A DNA stretch of 64,000 nt, taken from contig NC_043001.1 in assembly GCF_006345805.1 (NCBI RefSeq), positions 111,724,001 through 111,788,000 of the forward strand, in the 5' to 3' direction. Shown one piece after another: positions 38,138 through 53,026 of the stretch; positions within the stretch are counted from its first letter, which is position 1; the number at the start of each line of letters is the position of its first letter. Origin of the DNA: Octopus sinensis (taxonomy: Eukaryota). Below the pieces are notes generated by a model. That model searched no databases. It was not told the DNA's origin and saw nothing but the letters and a program-made list of their open reading frames with translations. The translations under genes were made by a program, and so were the position numbers.

Positions 38138-40089
38138 TATATATATACATATATCTGTAACACAGGGTATATTCATATAGACATTCATTATGTGTGTAAG
38201 CTTGTATAATATTAGAAATACCAGGCAATTTTCCCTCAAATTACACATTACTATATCCACGCTTAAAAATACGTTTTTGTTACATTCTGTACGATAAAAA
38301 AAAACGGGGTGGTCACCGCTGGAATTACTGTTTATAGAGACTCACACCCTCATTATCTCTTTGAAGCCTTGCGTAAAAAACATGGCTGTTACATTTGGAT
38401 TAGATCGCTGAATCCTACACTTGAAAGGTTTTATAGGTTCTGCAGCACAATTTTGGAAAGTAAGATCCTTGGAATGACAAAAAGGAAGACTAAAAAAAAA
38501 AAAAAAAAAAAAACAAAGAATATAAAAAAATGGTGAATCAGATCTAGCTTCATTATTTTTGTGCGAAATTAACCAGAAAATATAACGTTTCATAAAACTA
38601 TCGCAAAAACATATAATTTTTATTCGTTTATATTCTACCCAATTTAACGAAAGTAAGCCCGCAGCGCCGTATTTGTACAGTCATAAACCTCTCATAAAAG
38701 GGGTCTGCATTTATATTATGATCTCGAAATGATCTGAAAGCAGAATGACTATCGACAGGCAACTAGAAGATACGTTTCATTATACCTATATTGCAACAAA
38801 TTATCTAATTTTACTTGAAGCAATATTGACAATGAAAACGTGGAAATGTTTAGTGATAAGTTAGACTCTATTTTCTCCAATATAATTGAATGCGTCAAGT
38901 TTGTTAAGGCAGGTAAGCCATCTTTACTGAAAAGGCCATCTTGTTAACACTGCGATTAACTATTTTCGTTAAAAACCTACTGCAAGCTATTTTGCACTCC
39001 AGTAGTTCATAATGTAATTTGAAGGGGAAATAGAAATTACGATTCACTAACTTTTCTTTTACGAACTAGAGAACTCTTTACGTTGTTACTGGTCCTCTTA
39101 AAAACACACGCTAAAGTTTCTTCATACTCCGTTGTTTCAGAAATAAATGACGTATTAGATAATGTAGATTATTTACACAATATTTGAATAAAACACAGAA
39201 TGGCCACAGCTTGATTGTGTTTGGTCAATCAGGACTCATTTTTATGTAAATAACAAGAATGACGTGTGGTTGTAAATATTGTTTCTCCAATATTTACTCT
39301 TCTTTCCGCAGATAACGAACCAAATCATATATACCAAAAAGTCATGTTATCAGTCAGTTTTGACTGAGGCAATCTCTGCTAGTTAATGCATTTGTGTCAA
39401 AAAGGAAAATAACGAATGTCGCAACATCCGTTTTCGACTTCTCTGGTCATTTTGTGTATCTAACGTGGTCTTTTCTAGTGGAAGCATTCGCTCAAATCTA
39501 ATGTCAGAAGTTAACTTGCTCACGCTAGCCTCGAAGGCCGTGAAAAGAATGACGGACGTCGTACATCTTCTATTGAACAAAAAAACATTAAAGGAAAAAC
39601 AAAATAGCAAATCAAGACGCATCATGCCATAATGCTACTGATGGAGTCTATTCGTAGTCGCTGAATCTGCAATAAATAGCAGATAATATCTTTCAAATCA
39701 TACTGCTAATGTGGAGAGGACACATCATATAATGAAGTCTCATAAGCCTCAAAATGACAGGATTACCAAGGCTGGAATATTTATGAATGTATATATCGAG
39801 TTGGTGCGAATATAACATAGTTTAACTAAAAACAAAAGCAACATAGAAGTCACGAACAAATGATGGATCTTCTACGGGATCGCTAAAGCTGTAAAAAATA
39901 GTTGCTAAATCTCTCTCAATCTAAACCATTCTGGTTATTTATAAAAAGCAGGATATAAAGAACTATCAAGCCCTAGCTAAACAAGATATAGCCCTGTTTA
40001 TATGTTTGGCCGATCATAGCTGATAAAAGTCAAAATCTATTAAAACGTAGAAAAATAAGCCATGAAAAGTTAACATTATCGTCTTATAT

Positions 40090-40320
40090 GTTTCTTTACT
40101 ACCCACAAGGGGCTAAACATAGAGGGGACAAACAAGGACAGACAAGCGAATTAAATCGATTATATCAACTTCAGTGCGTAACTGGTACTTAATTCATCGA
40201 CCCCAAAAAGATGAAAGGCAAAGTCGACCTCGGCGGAATTTGAACACAGACCGTAACGGCAGACGAAATACGTCTACGCATTTCGCCCGGCGTGCTAACG
40301 TTTCTGCCAGCTCGCCGCCT
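40090..40320 (-). mobile_element. SINE family B, full length
   Basis: Matches 59466-59700; TSD TTAT(C/T)GTCTTATAT at 40076-40089 and 40322-40335. Confidence 0.9.
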
Positions 40321-40612
40321 TTTATTGTCTTATATCAGTAGTGTGCATAACACACATTTTTCTTTCCTTCTAAATCTGAAGGGAAGTGCCTCATAAAATA
40401 GGAATTGGTATTGATTTTCTCGTATAAAAAAAAATGGCTGAGACACACAAATATCAACGTTATTGCGGTTTCAAATCTTGTCATTGTATTTTCTACCCTA
40501 CGTACAACTAATATAATTAGTTGACGGAAGCTCATACAGTCGTAACGGTTAAAATAATGATCTTTCAATTTAGATATGTATATTGACATTTATTTAATAG
40601 AGAGCAGATACG

Positions 40613-40718
<106 letters not shown>

Positions 40719-41429
40719 TGTCTTTTGTCGAGCTGATTTCAGTTTCGCCTATAAAAGCAGGCGTGTTGTTTGTCAAGCATCCTACACTTTTGGGCGTCTG
40801 TGGCTTCTGCTAGTAGATTCTGCAATGCATTGAATCCATAGATCTACCAATCTGCATACAGTCAGTGGTTTGAAGCTATTGAGTTGCAGATACGCCTAAA
40901 CAAACGCTTCAACTCTGAAATCTTCCTACAGCCATTTGCGTGAGCTCTATCGCTGCAGCGAGTATGAGACAGACATTAGAATTTTCCTACGTAGTGAAAA
41001 ATACAAATTTTTCTCTTAAATCTTATGAGGTTTTGGCTATAAAATACTTTTGTTTGTTGGAAGCAATGGCACTGGATCCTGTCAATATCCCATGATATAT
41101 ATTTTGTGGAATAACTAAGTTTTAGAGTATTAATCTCCAGTAGTAATAGTAGTAATAACAGGAGCAGCTCGAGAAAAAATCTAGGAAATTAATTATAAAC
41201 ATCCCCATATGTACTGCAGTTCATTTTCATAAAATCCGAAATGAACTCCCTATTTACATAATAAATCATTTCATTGCTTTTATCATAATTCGTTTTCGTC
41301 AGACATGAATTCCCAAATACCAAATCGGATACTTAAACAATCCAACACACAAACGGTATTTTGTTCTTTCCTACACACGCTCTACAACTGACCCTCTCCA
41401 TCAACCGTAGCCTCTGCCTGTGTGTTTTG

Positions 41430-41520
41430 TATATACATATACCCATACATATCTATGTGTAAACATTTACATATGTATGTATAGATGAACACATGTATAA
41501 AAAGTATGTATATACATACA

Positions 41521-41577
<57 letters not shown>

Positions 41578-42029
41578 TACATGTATGAACATATATATAT
41601 ATATATATATATAATATATATATATATATATAATATATATATAGATATATATGTATGTATATATATATAAAACAGGTACATATTTTATATTACATATGTA
41701 CATATGTGTTTATATGAGTGTATATATAGATATATGTATATACATATATATACACACATCCATCCATAGGTCCGTATCATATATGCATATCTAATTATAT
41801 TTATATATACATATATATGTATATGTGTGTGTATGTGTGTGTGCGTTCCTTCATAGATATGGGATTTATGAACCAGTATAAGTAAGTATACAAATATTGT
41901 CTGTTACAAGTGTAGATATATTTCGTTACATACCTGTATAATTGCATTTGTATATAGACATACACACGTAAAAGCATAGTTAAATACACACAATGCACAC
42001 ACAGATTCACTATCCTTGGATATATATAT

Positions 42030-42082
<53 letters not shown>

Positions 42083-42283
42083 ACACACACACGCGTTTAT
42101 ATTTATGGATATACCGACTGGCCAAAAGCATATATGTATGTATACTTACATACATACATGCATACATACATACATATATATATATGTATATATATATATA
42201 CAGTATATATATGTATATGCATATAAGTATATGTATATTTATATGTATATATATATATATGTATATATATATACATATATCTA

Positions 42284-42316
<33 letters not shown>

Positions 42317-42345
42317 TCATATATATATGCATATATATATATATA

Positions 42346-42408
<63 letters not shown>

Positions 42409-42410
42409 AT
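41430..42410. repeat. ~1 kb (TA)/(TG)/(CA) low-complexity tract
   Basis: Directly visible; source of many YI-repeat ORFs. Confidence 0.9.
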
Positions 42411-42769
42411 TACTTCTCCTTGTAAACATTTTACAACCATAGGACGCAAAAGTGTTCGATGAATTTTCGCCAAACTTACCGAGCATGTAACACCTCTTAT
42501 TATATTTACTTAATTTATATATTTATATGTAGCCACGAGACTAATGTTTGGTGCCAAATGCACCTTTGATGTACGATAAATGTAATCATAATTAATGGTA
42601 ACATTGGCAAACTACTAACAACCTTGAGAATTCTATAGAATGTTGATCGCACATTTAAAAGCTTCAAATATATTTAAGTTTATTTACGTAGTTTTATTCT
42701 AATGTTATTCTAATGGTAGTTGATTAGTTGCATATGGCTTTTCGAACCCGTCAAATGTAATACATACAT

Positions 42770-43091
42770 GTGAAGGTGCGTGGTTTAGTGGCTAGAGCAT
42801 TCGACTGACGATGGTAAGGTCGTGCGTTCGATTCCCGGCGACGAGTTGCGTTCTTGAGCAAGACACCTTATATCATGCTGCTCCACTCCACTCAGCTGGC
42901 ATAAATGAGTTGTACCTGTATTTCAAAGGGTCAGTCTTGTCATACTCTGTGCCACACTGAATCTCCCCCAGGATTACGTTATGGGTACACGTGTCTGTGG
43001 AGTGCTCAGCCACTTGCACCCTCAATTCACGAGCCAGCTATTCCGTTGATCGCATCATTTGGGGCCCTCCTCGTCGTAACCGACGGAGTGC

Positions 43092-43093
<2 letters not shown>
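42770..43093 (+). mobile_element. tRNA-derived SINE family D
   Basis: TGGTTTAGTGG A box, GTTCGATTCCC B box; tail shared with 47070-47200 and with 57235-57550 (minus). Confidence 0.8.
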
Positions 43094-43142
<49 letters not shown>

Positions 43143-43145
<3 letters not shown>

Positions 43146-43310
43146 GCACATGTTTGGTGATGTGGCTCTTGTTTGCATCTCGTGCCGTAAAGTTGGTTCA
43201 TCCGGGAATCTTGAGAGAAGGAGATCCAGTTCTGATTTGAAAACATCTGCTTCCACTTCGTGTAAGTCTTTCTAATCTTTAAGCAGGATATTGAAGGACT
43301 GCGGCTCTTT
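43143..43310 (-). mobile_element. CR1-like LINE 3' fragment
   Basis: EADVFKSELDLLLSRFPDEPT, homologous to 29228-29640. Confidence 0.65.
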
Positions 43311-44076
43311 GAATCACAAACTGTTGCTGTGTCAGCTCCTGTATATTGATTGTATGGATCTTTGGTAATATGGAATGGTGCCTGGTGCTGGTGATAGTAT
43401 GAAATTCTCAATTGGAAAGACAGAATGGGGAGAAAGAATTCCGTGACTGAGCCACGGTGATGGTGATTGTGGTAGAGAGAGGGGGAGTGAAAAAGAAAGG
43501 GAGAAGTAATAGTAAAAGAGAGCAAGTAAATACGGAGAGACAAAAGAAACACAAAGGGAGTAAAAATGTCCCTCTCTGTTTTCTGTCCTTTAGGTTTTTA
43601 AATTCAGTTTTCGTTTTTTTTTCACTCTCTATATTCCTTTCTGTCTGTCTGCTCCACCTCTCTCTCTCTCTTTACTTGCATATTTTCACCCTATTCCTTT
43701 CTTTCTTTCTTCAATCTTCTTTCGATCTTCTTTCTGTCACATTGATATAGGTAAACCCTCTTAGTCGAATAGCCATGTATGGGATCTGAAGACCAAATTC
43801 TTACCACACAGAATCAAGTAGAAAATTGATGAGAAACCTACGGCGTATATACATGAATCAAAGTGATGCATGTTATTCTTAGCTGAAAGATCGCACATTC
43901 TTTTCAGGTCCCCAAATTCCACAACACTACTTAATTCCATGCCCGAAATTTTTAGCAAATGCAATTGCAGAGATTTTGGTCTCGTTTCTGTTATAGTATT
44001 CTGCATCGGTTCCATTAATTATGGTTTCTACAGTCAATGACGACGAAGATCCCGATTTTCTTAGAAAAATCTCGTG

Positions 44077-44750
44077 GGATTGGATATGGAATAGAGATAC
44101 AGGGAGAAGTGTGACTTTAAAACAAAATGAAACCAAATGGAATTATTTAAAACCAAATAAAATTGAAGGCCGAATCTAACTTTAGATTAAATTAAAAGAA
44201 TTAAAATAAAATTAATCTATTAAATAGATTAAGGAATAAAACTTAAAAACAAAATCATAAAATTAGATTAAAGCAAATTAAATATTAAAAGAATTAAAAG
44301 AGTTTTAACAAAATATGAACAATATTAAAAAAATATAAAAAAAGAAAAAGAAAAAGTAATAATAAAACAATAATAAAAAATAAATAAAATAATATAAAAT
44401 TAAAAAAAATTTATTTCATTTATTCATTTAATTTATTTCTTATTATTGATTTACTTTTTCCTTTCTTTTTCCTTTTTTCTCTTTTTTTAATATATTTTGC
44501 ATTTTTTATGCGTTTTTGTATATTTTTTTAAAACACTTTTAATTTTTAATTTGCTTTAATTCGATTTCACAATTTTAATTTTAGCCCTAAATTTTGATCC
44601 TTAATCTATTTAATGGTTTAATTTTTTAAGAAGATCCTTTTAATCTAATTTAATTTATAATTATATTCGACCTTCAAATGTGTTTGGTTTTAAATATTAT
44701 TTTATTTAAACCTCACACATCTCCCTCCATTTTTATTTTATATCCAATAT
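44077..44750. repeat. Old ~670 bp imperfect inverted repeat
   Basis: ATTGGATAT, GGGAGA.GTGTGA, TAAAACCAAA, TTGAAGG.CGAAT, TTAAATAGATTAAGGA and TTAAAGCAAATTAAA all recur reverse-complemented in mirror order around ~44410. Confidence 0.7.
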
Positions 44751-45569
44751 CACCAAAGCTTTCCCAGCCTTCCCTTCATAATATAGTTACGCTGATATTT
44801 CATGCATGATTGTACAAATGATCAAATATTAAATATTTAACTCAACCACGTACGTAAATGGTGTATATCAAACTTAGACACAATATTTGCTGAGTATCAG
44901 ACCTGAAAACATGCAAAAAAAAAAAAAATGCAGATATTTTCCCGTGTGATGACCCCTTTTACAAACACCAATGTTTTTCATGACTGTCTTTTCCTTTATT
45001 TCGGTCATCCTCTGCTCTCTTCTGCTATAATAAGCATCCCCTTTTCTAGTCTTTCTATTCCTTCCTCTCTTGTCTTTGACCTTCTCTTCACATTAGTCCT
45101 TCTCTTCCAAATCATGACTTCACTTCCCCTTTCCTCTTTATCTATCTTTCACGTATACTGATCCTAATTGCCTCTTTTTACTCCTCTCGTATCTATACCA
45201 TTCTTTCTGTGTTCTGTTTTGTTAGGTTGTTCAGTTTTCTACTGAACGGATTGAGTAAACTTATCAATAACGAACCTATAATGGTTACTGGAAACAGCTG
45301 AAAGCCAAAATTACATCATTAAAGAAACATGTAATAAGCATTATATATACCAGTTTCACTGAAAAACAACTATGGATTTATAATTTTGAATGGTGATGGG
45401 TTATAAACTCGAACCCTGCTACATGAATACTTCACATTCTTTACTGATTTAAACAATATTGTTAGCCTGGTGTATTAACAAAGAGCTTATAAAGTATTTT
45501 GCCTGGATTGATAATCCCTCACGAATAACTGTACTTTATGCATGTATGTGTTTTTATATATATATAAAT

Positions 45570-45790
45570 ATATTATATAAAATCCGTTCTGTCTGTGTGT
45601 GTGTGTCCTCTAGGATCTCGGGCATCCTCCATCCGATTGCGCTCAAATTTGATATGTAGATACCGACGGTATCAGGGCGTGTATAAGTCTTGAAAAAATT
45701 GCAAAAATCGATTCCAGATGAGAATGCGATCGATAAAGCCGTGGGAACGTGCATTTGTATGCACAAGTACATCAGCTGTTGTCTCAAATT
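45570..45790 (+). mobile_element. Helitron-like 5' segment
   Basis: TATATAAAA..CTGTCTGTGTGT...CCGATTGCGCTCAAATTTG pattern typical of non-autonomous Helitron 5' ends; no 3' CTAG hairpin found. Confidence 0.45.
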
Positions 45791-45944
45791 TAGGTTAAAT
45801 CAGTGTTTCTCAAAGGGGAGGCCAATGGGACGGTCGGACAAGATGTTTTCAGAAAATTTGGTTTAAATGTTTGACAACTCAGCACCGTCCATTGGACGGC
45901 GGAGGGGCTTTTGTTCGTGTGTATATATATATATATCTATATGT

Positions 45945-46200
45945 CTTGCAAACAACTTGCACATGCAAGTGCTACCAGTTAAAAGCTCCGTATACCGGAA
46001 GCTAGCAAGTGTATAGGGTCATCAGGAGAGAATGCACGCCGTTTCGGGGCCTACCTCTCGACGGCATCAATGCGCACCGGCCCCCTCACTGATATGAGGC
46101 CCTCGCTTGCTAGATCAGCTGGTTATGAAGAACTCAATATACTTCTAACCATCGCTCATCGTCTCTTTTTAACCAAATCCAGTGGCTAGCCTTCTCCACT
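45945..46200 (-). mobile_element. HERO-like non-LTR retrotransposon 3' end
   Basis: Minus strand VEKASHWIWLKRDDERWLEVY* then a 3' UTR shared with 58545-58648. Confidence 0.65.
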
Positions 46201-46878
46201 ATAATATATATGTGTGTGTGTGTATGTATCTAGGTCTCTGTGTATGCATGTGTATGTCTGTCTTGAATGCGTGTGTATGGGTTTATATATTATACTGCTT
46301 ATATCAGTCGTCCTTGTGTTTTGTTTTGATTTGTTTCGCCCTATTCCGTCTTAAGTTGTCAGATTGTTGGGTGGCGTAGAGTGTGTTACAATTGCATTCA
46401 CATTTTTCTGTTGACCCTCGGACTCCTTTCTATTATGTCTGTGACCTTTGTTATGTATTTGAGTGTTGTGTCAGTTCTATATACAGGTTGGATCTTAACT
46501 TCTATGTTATCTATAAAGCCCCCATTTTTTTTTGTTTAGCATGGTGCTATAGCACTTACGAGCTTTTCCTCTTCTTGAGTCCCGTCAGTGATTCTTTATG
46601 CCCTTTTCTATGCTACGGACTGTCTCTCCAGGGTATATCGCTGTCCTGTTTTTGCACTATCCCTCTGTGCACCATAGACTGCATTCCTAGAATTGCAGTT
46701 TATCTAAAGGCTTAACCTATACGCTATACAGTAAATACTGAATCTACGTGGAGGATAGATAATAGTTGATGAGTGGAAAGGCCAGGAATTTCCATAAAAT
46801 CTCGGTTCAGTAGGATATATTCGTGTGGATATATGTTGTTCATATCGTTATGTATAAATATCTGCATTTATATTCTTT

Positions 46879-47200
46879 GGGCGCAATGGCCCAGTGGTTA
46901 GGGCAGCAGGCTCGCGGTCATAGGATCACGGTTTCGATTCCCAGACCAGGCGTTGTGAGTGTTTACTGAGCGAAAACACCTAAAGCTTCACAAGGCTCCG
47001 CCAGGGGGAAGTGGTGAACCCTGCTGTATTCTGTCACCACGACTTTCTCTCACTCTTTCTTCCTGTTTCTGTTGTACCTGTATTTCAAAAGGGCCAGCCT
47101 TGTCACACTCTCTGTCACGCTGAATCTACTCTCAGCTACTTGCACGTTGATTTCACAAGCAGGCTGTTCTCGTCGTCGTAACTGACGGAGTGCCACGAAA
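46879..47200 (+). mobile_element. Chimeric SINE (family C head and body, family D tail)
   Basis: 46879-47065 matches 6432-6620; GTTGTACCTGTATTTCAAA...GACGGAGTGC matches 42908-43091. Confidence 0.8.
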
Positions 47201-47203
47201 ATA

Positions 47204-47239
<36 letters not shown>

Positions 47240-47240
<1 letters not shown>

Positions 47241-47602
47241 AATATTAGGGAATAAATCCAAACTTACAGGGAAAAATCAGATTTAGGATTGAATCCAATT
47301 TTATAGTAAAATATTATATTATATTAAATTAGAGACAAAACCACTATTAGGCAAATCATACAATGAAAAACTTAAGCCAATACATAAGATTATTTAATTT
47401 ATATAATTTAAATATATAACAAAATTATTAAAAAATAATTAATAATAATATATATATTAATATAACACTACGATTATTTTTTTAATAATTTTGTTATATA
47501 TTTAAATTATATAAATTAAATAATCTTATGTATTGGCTTAAGTTTTTCATTGTATGATTTGCCTAATAGTGGTTTTGTCTCTAATTTAATATAATATAAT
47601 AT
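47240..47602. repeat. ~290 bp near-perfect inverted repeat plus one-sided tail in (TA)n
   Basis: Arms 47311-47439 and 47473-47602; left extension 47240-47310; the arm matches the end of the 33.5-35.2 kb element. Confidence 0.88.
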
Positions 47603-47624
47603 AATATATATATATATATATATA

Positions 47625-47656
<32 letters not shown>

Positions 47657-48106
47657 GAAATATGTGTGTGAAAATACATATGACTACGACACTTGAAGAT
47701 AAAACAACCACGTTCATAAATAAATACGCTATAATTAGCAGCACACCATGTTTGTGAGCGGGATAATTTGATAAACAATATAGAGAAGTAAAAACAACTC
47801 CCTTTGTCTTTGACTTAAATCATTCCACGAGAGTTCAGCATAAACAAAGGCCATAATTCTTGAGAATTTTCATTAAGACCGAAATTTCATCTATGAAATT
47901 ATACAAATGCATAAACAATATTTTGATCGATACAGATATACACAAATACGCAGACACATATGAAATATACACGACTGATAGATACGCATAGAGACTGATT
48001 GATAGATAGGAATATATATATACATATATATTTGCTAGACCACTGGTTTTAAATTGATACTAATCAAATTAATATTCAATTTTTCACCCTTATTAATTTA
48101 GATTTA

Positions 48107-48144
<38 letters not shown>

Positions 48145-48233
48145 TGTATGTGTGTCTGTGTATAGAAAGAATAAGAGAGGGATATGTATATGTATATATA
48201 TGTATATATACAGATAGATGGATAGATAAATAT

Positions 48234-48269
<36 letters not shown>

Positions 48270-49570
48270 GGAGGTAGGGAGGTAGATAGATAGATAGACA
48301 GAACCAGAAAGTTATGCATTCACAATTCAGATATACAAGCAAATTAATTACTTTGAAAATTTAAACTCAGTTGAGCACAAAGCTATACAGAAACGCAAGC
48401 GTTCATATACGTACATATACAGACGTCAAAACATTAAGTGGAATCACGCGCAAATATTATTTCATTGACCCAGATATATAGGTCAGCATAATCACAAACA
48501 TAATGCTAATTCGCATCCACAGTATTCTTGAACATTCCTATGCAAGAATAGATACTTGTTCACAGGCAACCAAACATATAAATATATACACATATATACA
48601 GGAAAAGATATATGTATATTCACGTCGCATTCATCACTTTATATAATTTTCATTTACATATAGAATACTTTGGCATCGCTGCGACAGGATTTTTACATAT
48701 AAATATAATGTAAATTACATATTATATATATTTCTATTGACTTACATAAACACGATTTCGCTAAAATATGCACATTTATACAAACCCATAAATACACCAA
48801 TGTTTCTGCATATACGGGTATGTATCTATACATATATACTCTATGTGCATGTGCGTGAGTGTGTGTATGTGTGTGTATGTGTGTGTGTGTGTGTGTGTAG
48901 CTGCGTGGGTAGGCACATGAACTATTGGTTAGATTGTCGGGATCACGGTCTTAACGCTGTGGTTTCGATTCCTGGAACAGGTAACAAAATGTGTACTCGG
49001 ACAAGGTATTTCTTTTCCTTTTTCTGTACTCTACTTAGCTGATGTAGTTGTCAGTTTAGAAGGTTCCTTTGGGTTGTCTTCAAACAGACATAAATTAAAC
49101 CTGAAATAGCAAAAAAAGATAAATGATGACTCATTAGCGAGCACAATTAGCTACTGGACACTTTGAATATATATGTGTGTATATATATATAGAGATATAA
49201 TTTCGGAGATGTATATACTTGCAGAGAAAGTTACTTGATCTGAGATCGTGTGCTGAAACAAAAACAATAGCAGCGTGGAAGGTGTTTATAAGCTATTTAA
49301 AAACACACAAAACCATTAGATTCACTTCAACATTTAAATTTCATTTACCAAAATATTTTCAACGCTTTGAGATTGCGACAGAATTTCAACTGTAAGACTT
49401 CGAATTTTTCCAATAATAATAACATATATTAATTGAGATATTTGACTTGCCTTAATTAATGTTTTGCTCTTTAACAATTTATATATATCCGCTATATCGG
49501 AAATCTACAATGGCTGTATAACTACCGTCTCGGCTGTGAACTAAAAATCCATACTTTGTATATATATATG

Positions 49571-49680
<110 letters not shown>

Positions 49681-49704
49681 GGTATGTATATATATGTATA
49701 TATA

Positions 49705-50232
49705 CAGGGTGAGTAGCATATCTGAAGACAGATTTATGTTAACAAAAACAGATACGTAATAACAGATAATGAATTTGTTGATCAAAAAATTGTATGAAGG
49801 TAAAAATAAACCTTTTTTCTATATCGTTATTCAGTAAAGTCACCTTCAGCTTCACCAACGGCTTCTATATGAGATATAAACCATCTACATGCTCGAATCA
49901 AGTGGTCCTGCTTAGTGTTGGACATTAGTCTGACTATGGCAACTTTCAAAGAACCTTTGGTGTGATGGGCGTGTTCATTGATCTGTCTCTCAACGCTCCA
50001 CATGTAATAGTCAAATGGAGTGAGATATGGGGAATTAGGATGCCAAATGTTAGGGGGTTATGTGATCAAGAAAATTTTCAACCATCTATTCCTGTGTTAC
50101 TAGAGCCATGTGTGATAGTGTAGGGTCTTACTGAAACACATGGCCTTCCATTGCATACACTGTCTATCCAGGCCTTAACAATTGTTTCCAGGACCTCAAT
50201 GTAGGTGGCAGAGTTAAGTCTAAGGCCTTTCA
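49705..50232 (-). mobile_element. Tc1/mariner-superfamily DD37D (maT-like) transposase remnant
   Basis: YIEVLETIVKAWI...RPCVFQ*D...ENFLDHITPNIWHPNSPYLTPFDYYMW...IEAVGEAEGDFTE*; about 37 residues between the last two Asp; TA|CAGGGT terminus. Confidence 0.75.
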
Positions 50233-51295
50233 TTATTTATGGGAGGACCCAATTTAAGCAAAAATTCTAGTTCTAAATTCTCTCTTAGAGATCAACACAG
50301 TAGTTGTACTATGTATATGTGTGTATGTGTGTGTGTCTGTAATGTAAACCTACGTAGTGGCTCTTCACGCACACATACACACACTCACACACACATACAC
50401 ACACATACGCAAACACACACATTGTAAATTTAACTAATTCTCTATAGATTGAAAATGAGGTCACATATCTAGTTTTGGAATGAATTTCTCTTTAATTATT
50501 ATAGTTGGATGCGGAAAGTTTGTTTTCGCCTTGATAGTATATTTCTTGTGAATAAACTTTTTCGAAAAATTTATTGATATGATAGCAGTCTCCAAGGAAA
50601 TTACGCAATTCACGAATATATCGCAGATCCACTAGTTATTGACTTGTCTAATCTCTAAAACATTATGGATTAATAGAACCTGTAATTAAAAAAATGCAGA
50701 TACATGTACTATAGCAGCACAGAATGTATCATGCAATCAATCATTCCTCAATAAATCAGGAAGATATGGAGGAAGGGACTTGTTCTTCTGTCGACAGTTA
50801 CATCATACACAAGGCTACCTGAAGCTGAAAGAATTGTAGCTGCTAGTCTATTTCTCTAAGACTCATATGTTCTTGGGTTTCGCCTTAAGCATAGATGAAT
50901 TTGTTTCTTATGAATTGTTCTGTAGATTTCCAAGTATCAGAAAAAAATTAGTCTGTTTGTATTCTTCTAAAATTCAGTTAGTTTTAGTTCTGTTGTTTAA
51001 ATCTATTTAAAAATGGCCCCATCACGGACAGTACTAAAATATTATACAAAATGATTTCATAGATCCAAACGTAACTGTGTGGCTAAGAACGTTGCTTTCC
51101 AATCATGTAATCTTGGGTTCAATCCCACTGTGTGACACCTTCGACAACAGTAGAATAAGCGCCAGGCTTAAAATATAAGTACTGATATTGATTTGTTCAA
51201 TTAAACCCCAGAAGCCGGTGAATCAGCATGGCCTCTGTCCAAGGCTGAAACAAAGAATAAAAAAATAATATTAATATATGATCAGTTTCGAACAT

Positions 51296-51472
51296 AGGCG
51301 TAGGAGTGACTGTGTGGTAAGTAGCTTGCTTATGAACCACATGGTTCCGGGTTCAGTCCCACTGCGTGGCACCTTGGCCAAGTGTCTTCTACTATAGCCT
51401 CGGGCAGACCAAAATCTTGTGAGTGGATTTGGTAGACGGAAACTGAAAGAAGCCCATCGTATATATATATAT

Positions 51473-51503
<31 letters not shown>

Positions 51504-51739
51504 TTATGTATGTGTGTGTATATGTTTGTGTGTCTGCGTTTGTCCCCCCCAACATCGCTTGACAACCGATAGTGGTGTGTTTACGTCCCCGTAACTTAGC
51601 GGTTCGGCAAAGAGACCGATAGAATAAGTACTAGCCTTACAAAGAATAAGTCCTGGGGTCGATTTACTCGATCGACTAAAGGCGGTGCTCCAGCATGGCC
51701 ACAGTCAAATGACTCAAACAAGTAAAAGAGTAAAAGAGT
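51296..51739 (+). mobile_element. SINE family A, full length
   Basis: Complete head, internal microsatellite and (AAAAGAGT)n tail. Confidence 0.92.
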
Positions 51740-52716
51740 TAGCGGTGGAAAAGGGAAAATGTAATGCAACACAAATGAAAGCTAACAAACAAATATAACG
51801 ATAAAGCTATGGGAACGGCTATATTTTGTTAACTCTGGCTTCCAAACAGTTGCTCCGCTCCGGACTGAAATATCCGGCAATTTTTTATGAGTAGCCGTTT
51901 CATACGTACTAATCTTAGGTCTGATGAACCGAAATATAATTAAAGACATTCCAGCTTTCGTATAAGGGAAGAGCTTAAATTTAGTCCATTAAATCTAGCT
52001 ATGTTCTTTATTTTTCGACCAACTTTTCTGCAGAATCTGGAATCCATAATGTTTGGTAGTCATCCGTATTGAACAGATGATCCTAAAGAAAATTATACTT
52101 TACCGTATTGATTTCCACAAAAATTAATGGTATTTCTTTTTTTACCTTTTAAAGTTAGTTTCAATATTTCCTTATAAATAACACATGTGAAGATATTTCC
52201 TCCGAATTTTATTAAAGACAAAACAATCCTGACAAGGCCGAAAGAAATATTTTCGTATATAATAAGCTGAAAAAAGAAAAAAATTTACAAATTATGTGAT
52301 CCTTAAACTTTATTTTAAATTTATACGCCATTAATTGACTGAAGATTGTGTTAATGTCATTTCCGATATCTTTAAAAAAAAGTTTCACTCAATAATTCCC
52401 CCCCGCCCAAGTTTCTAAGTTTTTAGTATTTTTTTGTTTCTTTGACTGATTTTGGCGTGAAAGAATTTCATTGGTTTTATAGATTCCTATCTTCCATATT
52501 CTTGTGAATTGTCATTGATTTTCTTTCCACCAGACCCATGGCTGCTTCTATCGTAACAGAAATGCGAGCTTCCAAAATTGAAACGGGATGTGAAGCGTTA
52601 CGATTTTAGTATTAGACAAAATTAACACACACACACACATTTATATATATATGCATAGATATACATAGATATACATATACATATATAATATACATATGCT
52701 TTTATCTATATATACG

Positions 52717-52761
<45 letters not shown>

Positions 52762-53026
52762 ATGTACATACATATATAAGTATATAAATAGATAGAGAAT
52801 GAGAGAGAGAGGGGGAGGCAAGGGGGAGAGACATATACGCCTTTTTTTTTCAGTGATTACTTTGATGGAATATTTTAGTCAGTGCCACAACGCAACATGT
52901 TAATGCTGTTATTGCACTTTATGTATTTTTTTTAAAGTCTTAGACGCCATTATGCAAAACAACTGCAATGGAACAGGATCCTACTCTGAAAATAAAGTTA
53001 CAAAAGCATCTCTGTAGAACGAATAT

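Noticed and set aside
41467-42486. Long YI/CV/HT-rich ORFs here and throughout the window
   Set aside because: Translations of (TA)n, (TG)n, (CA)n, (GA)n and (TAA)n microsatellites.
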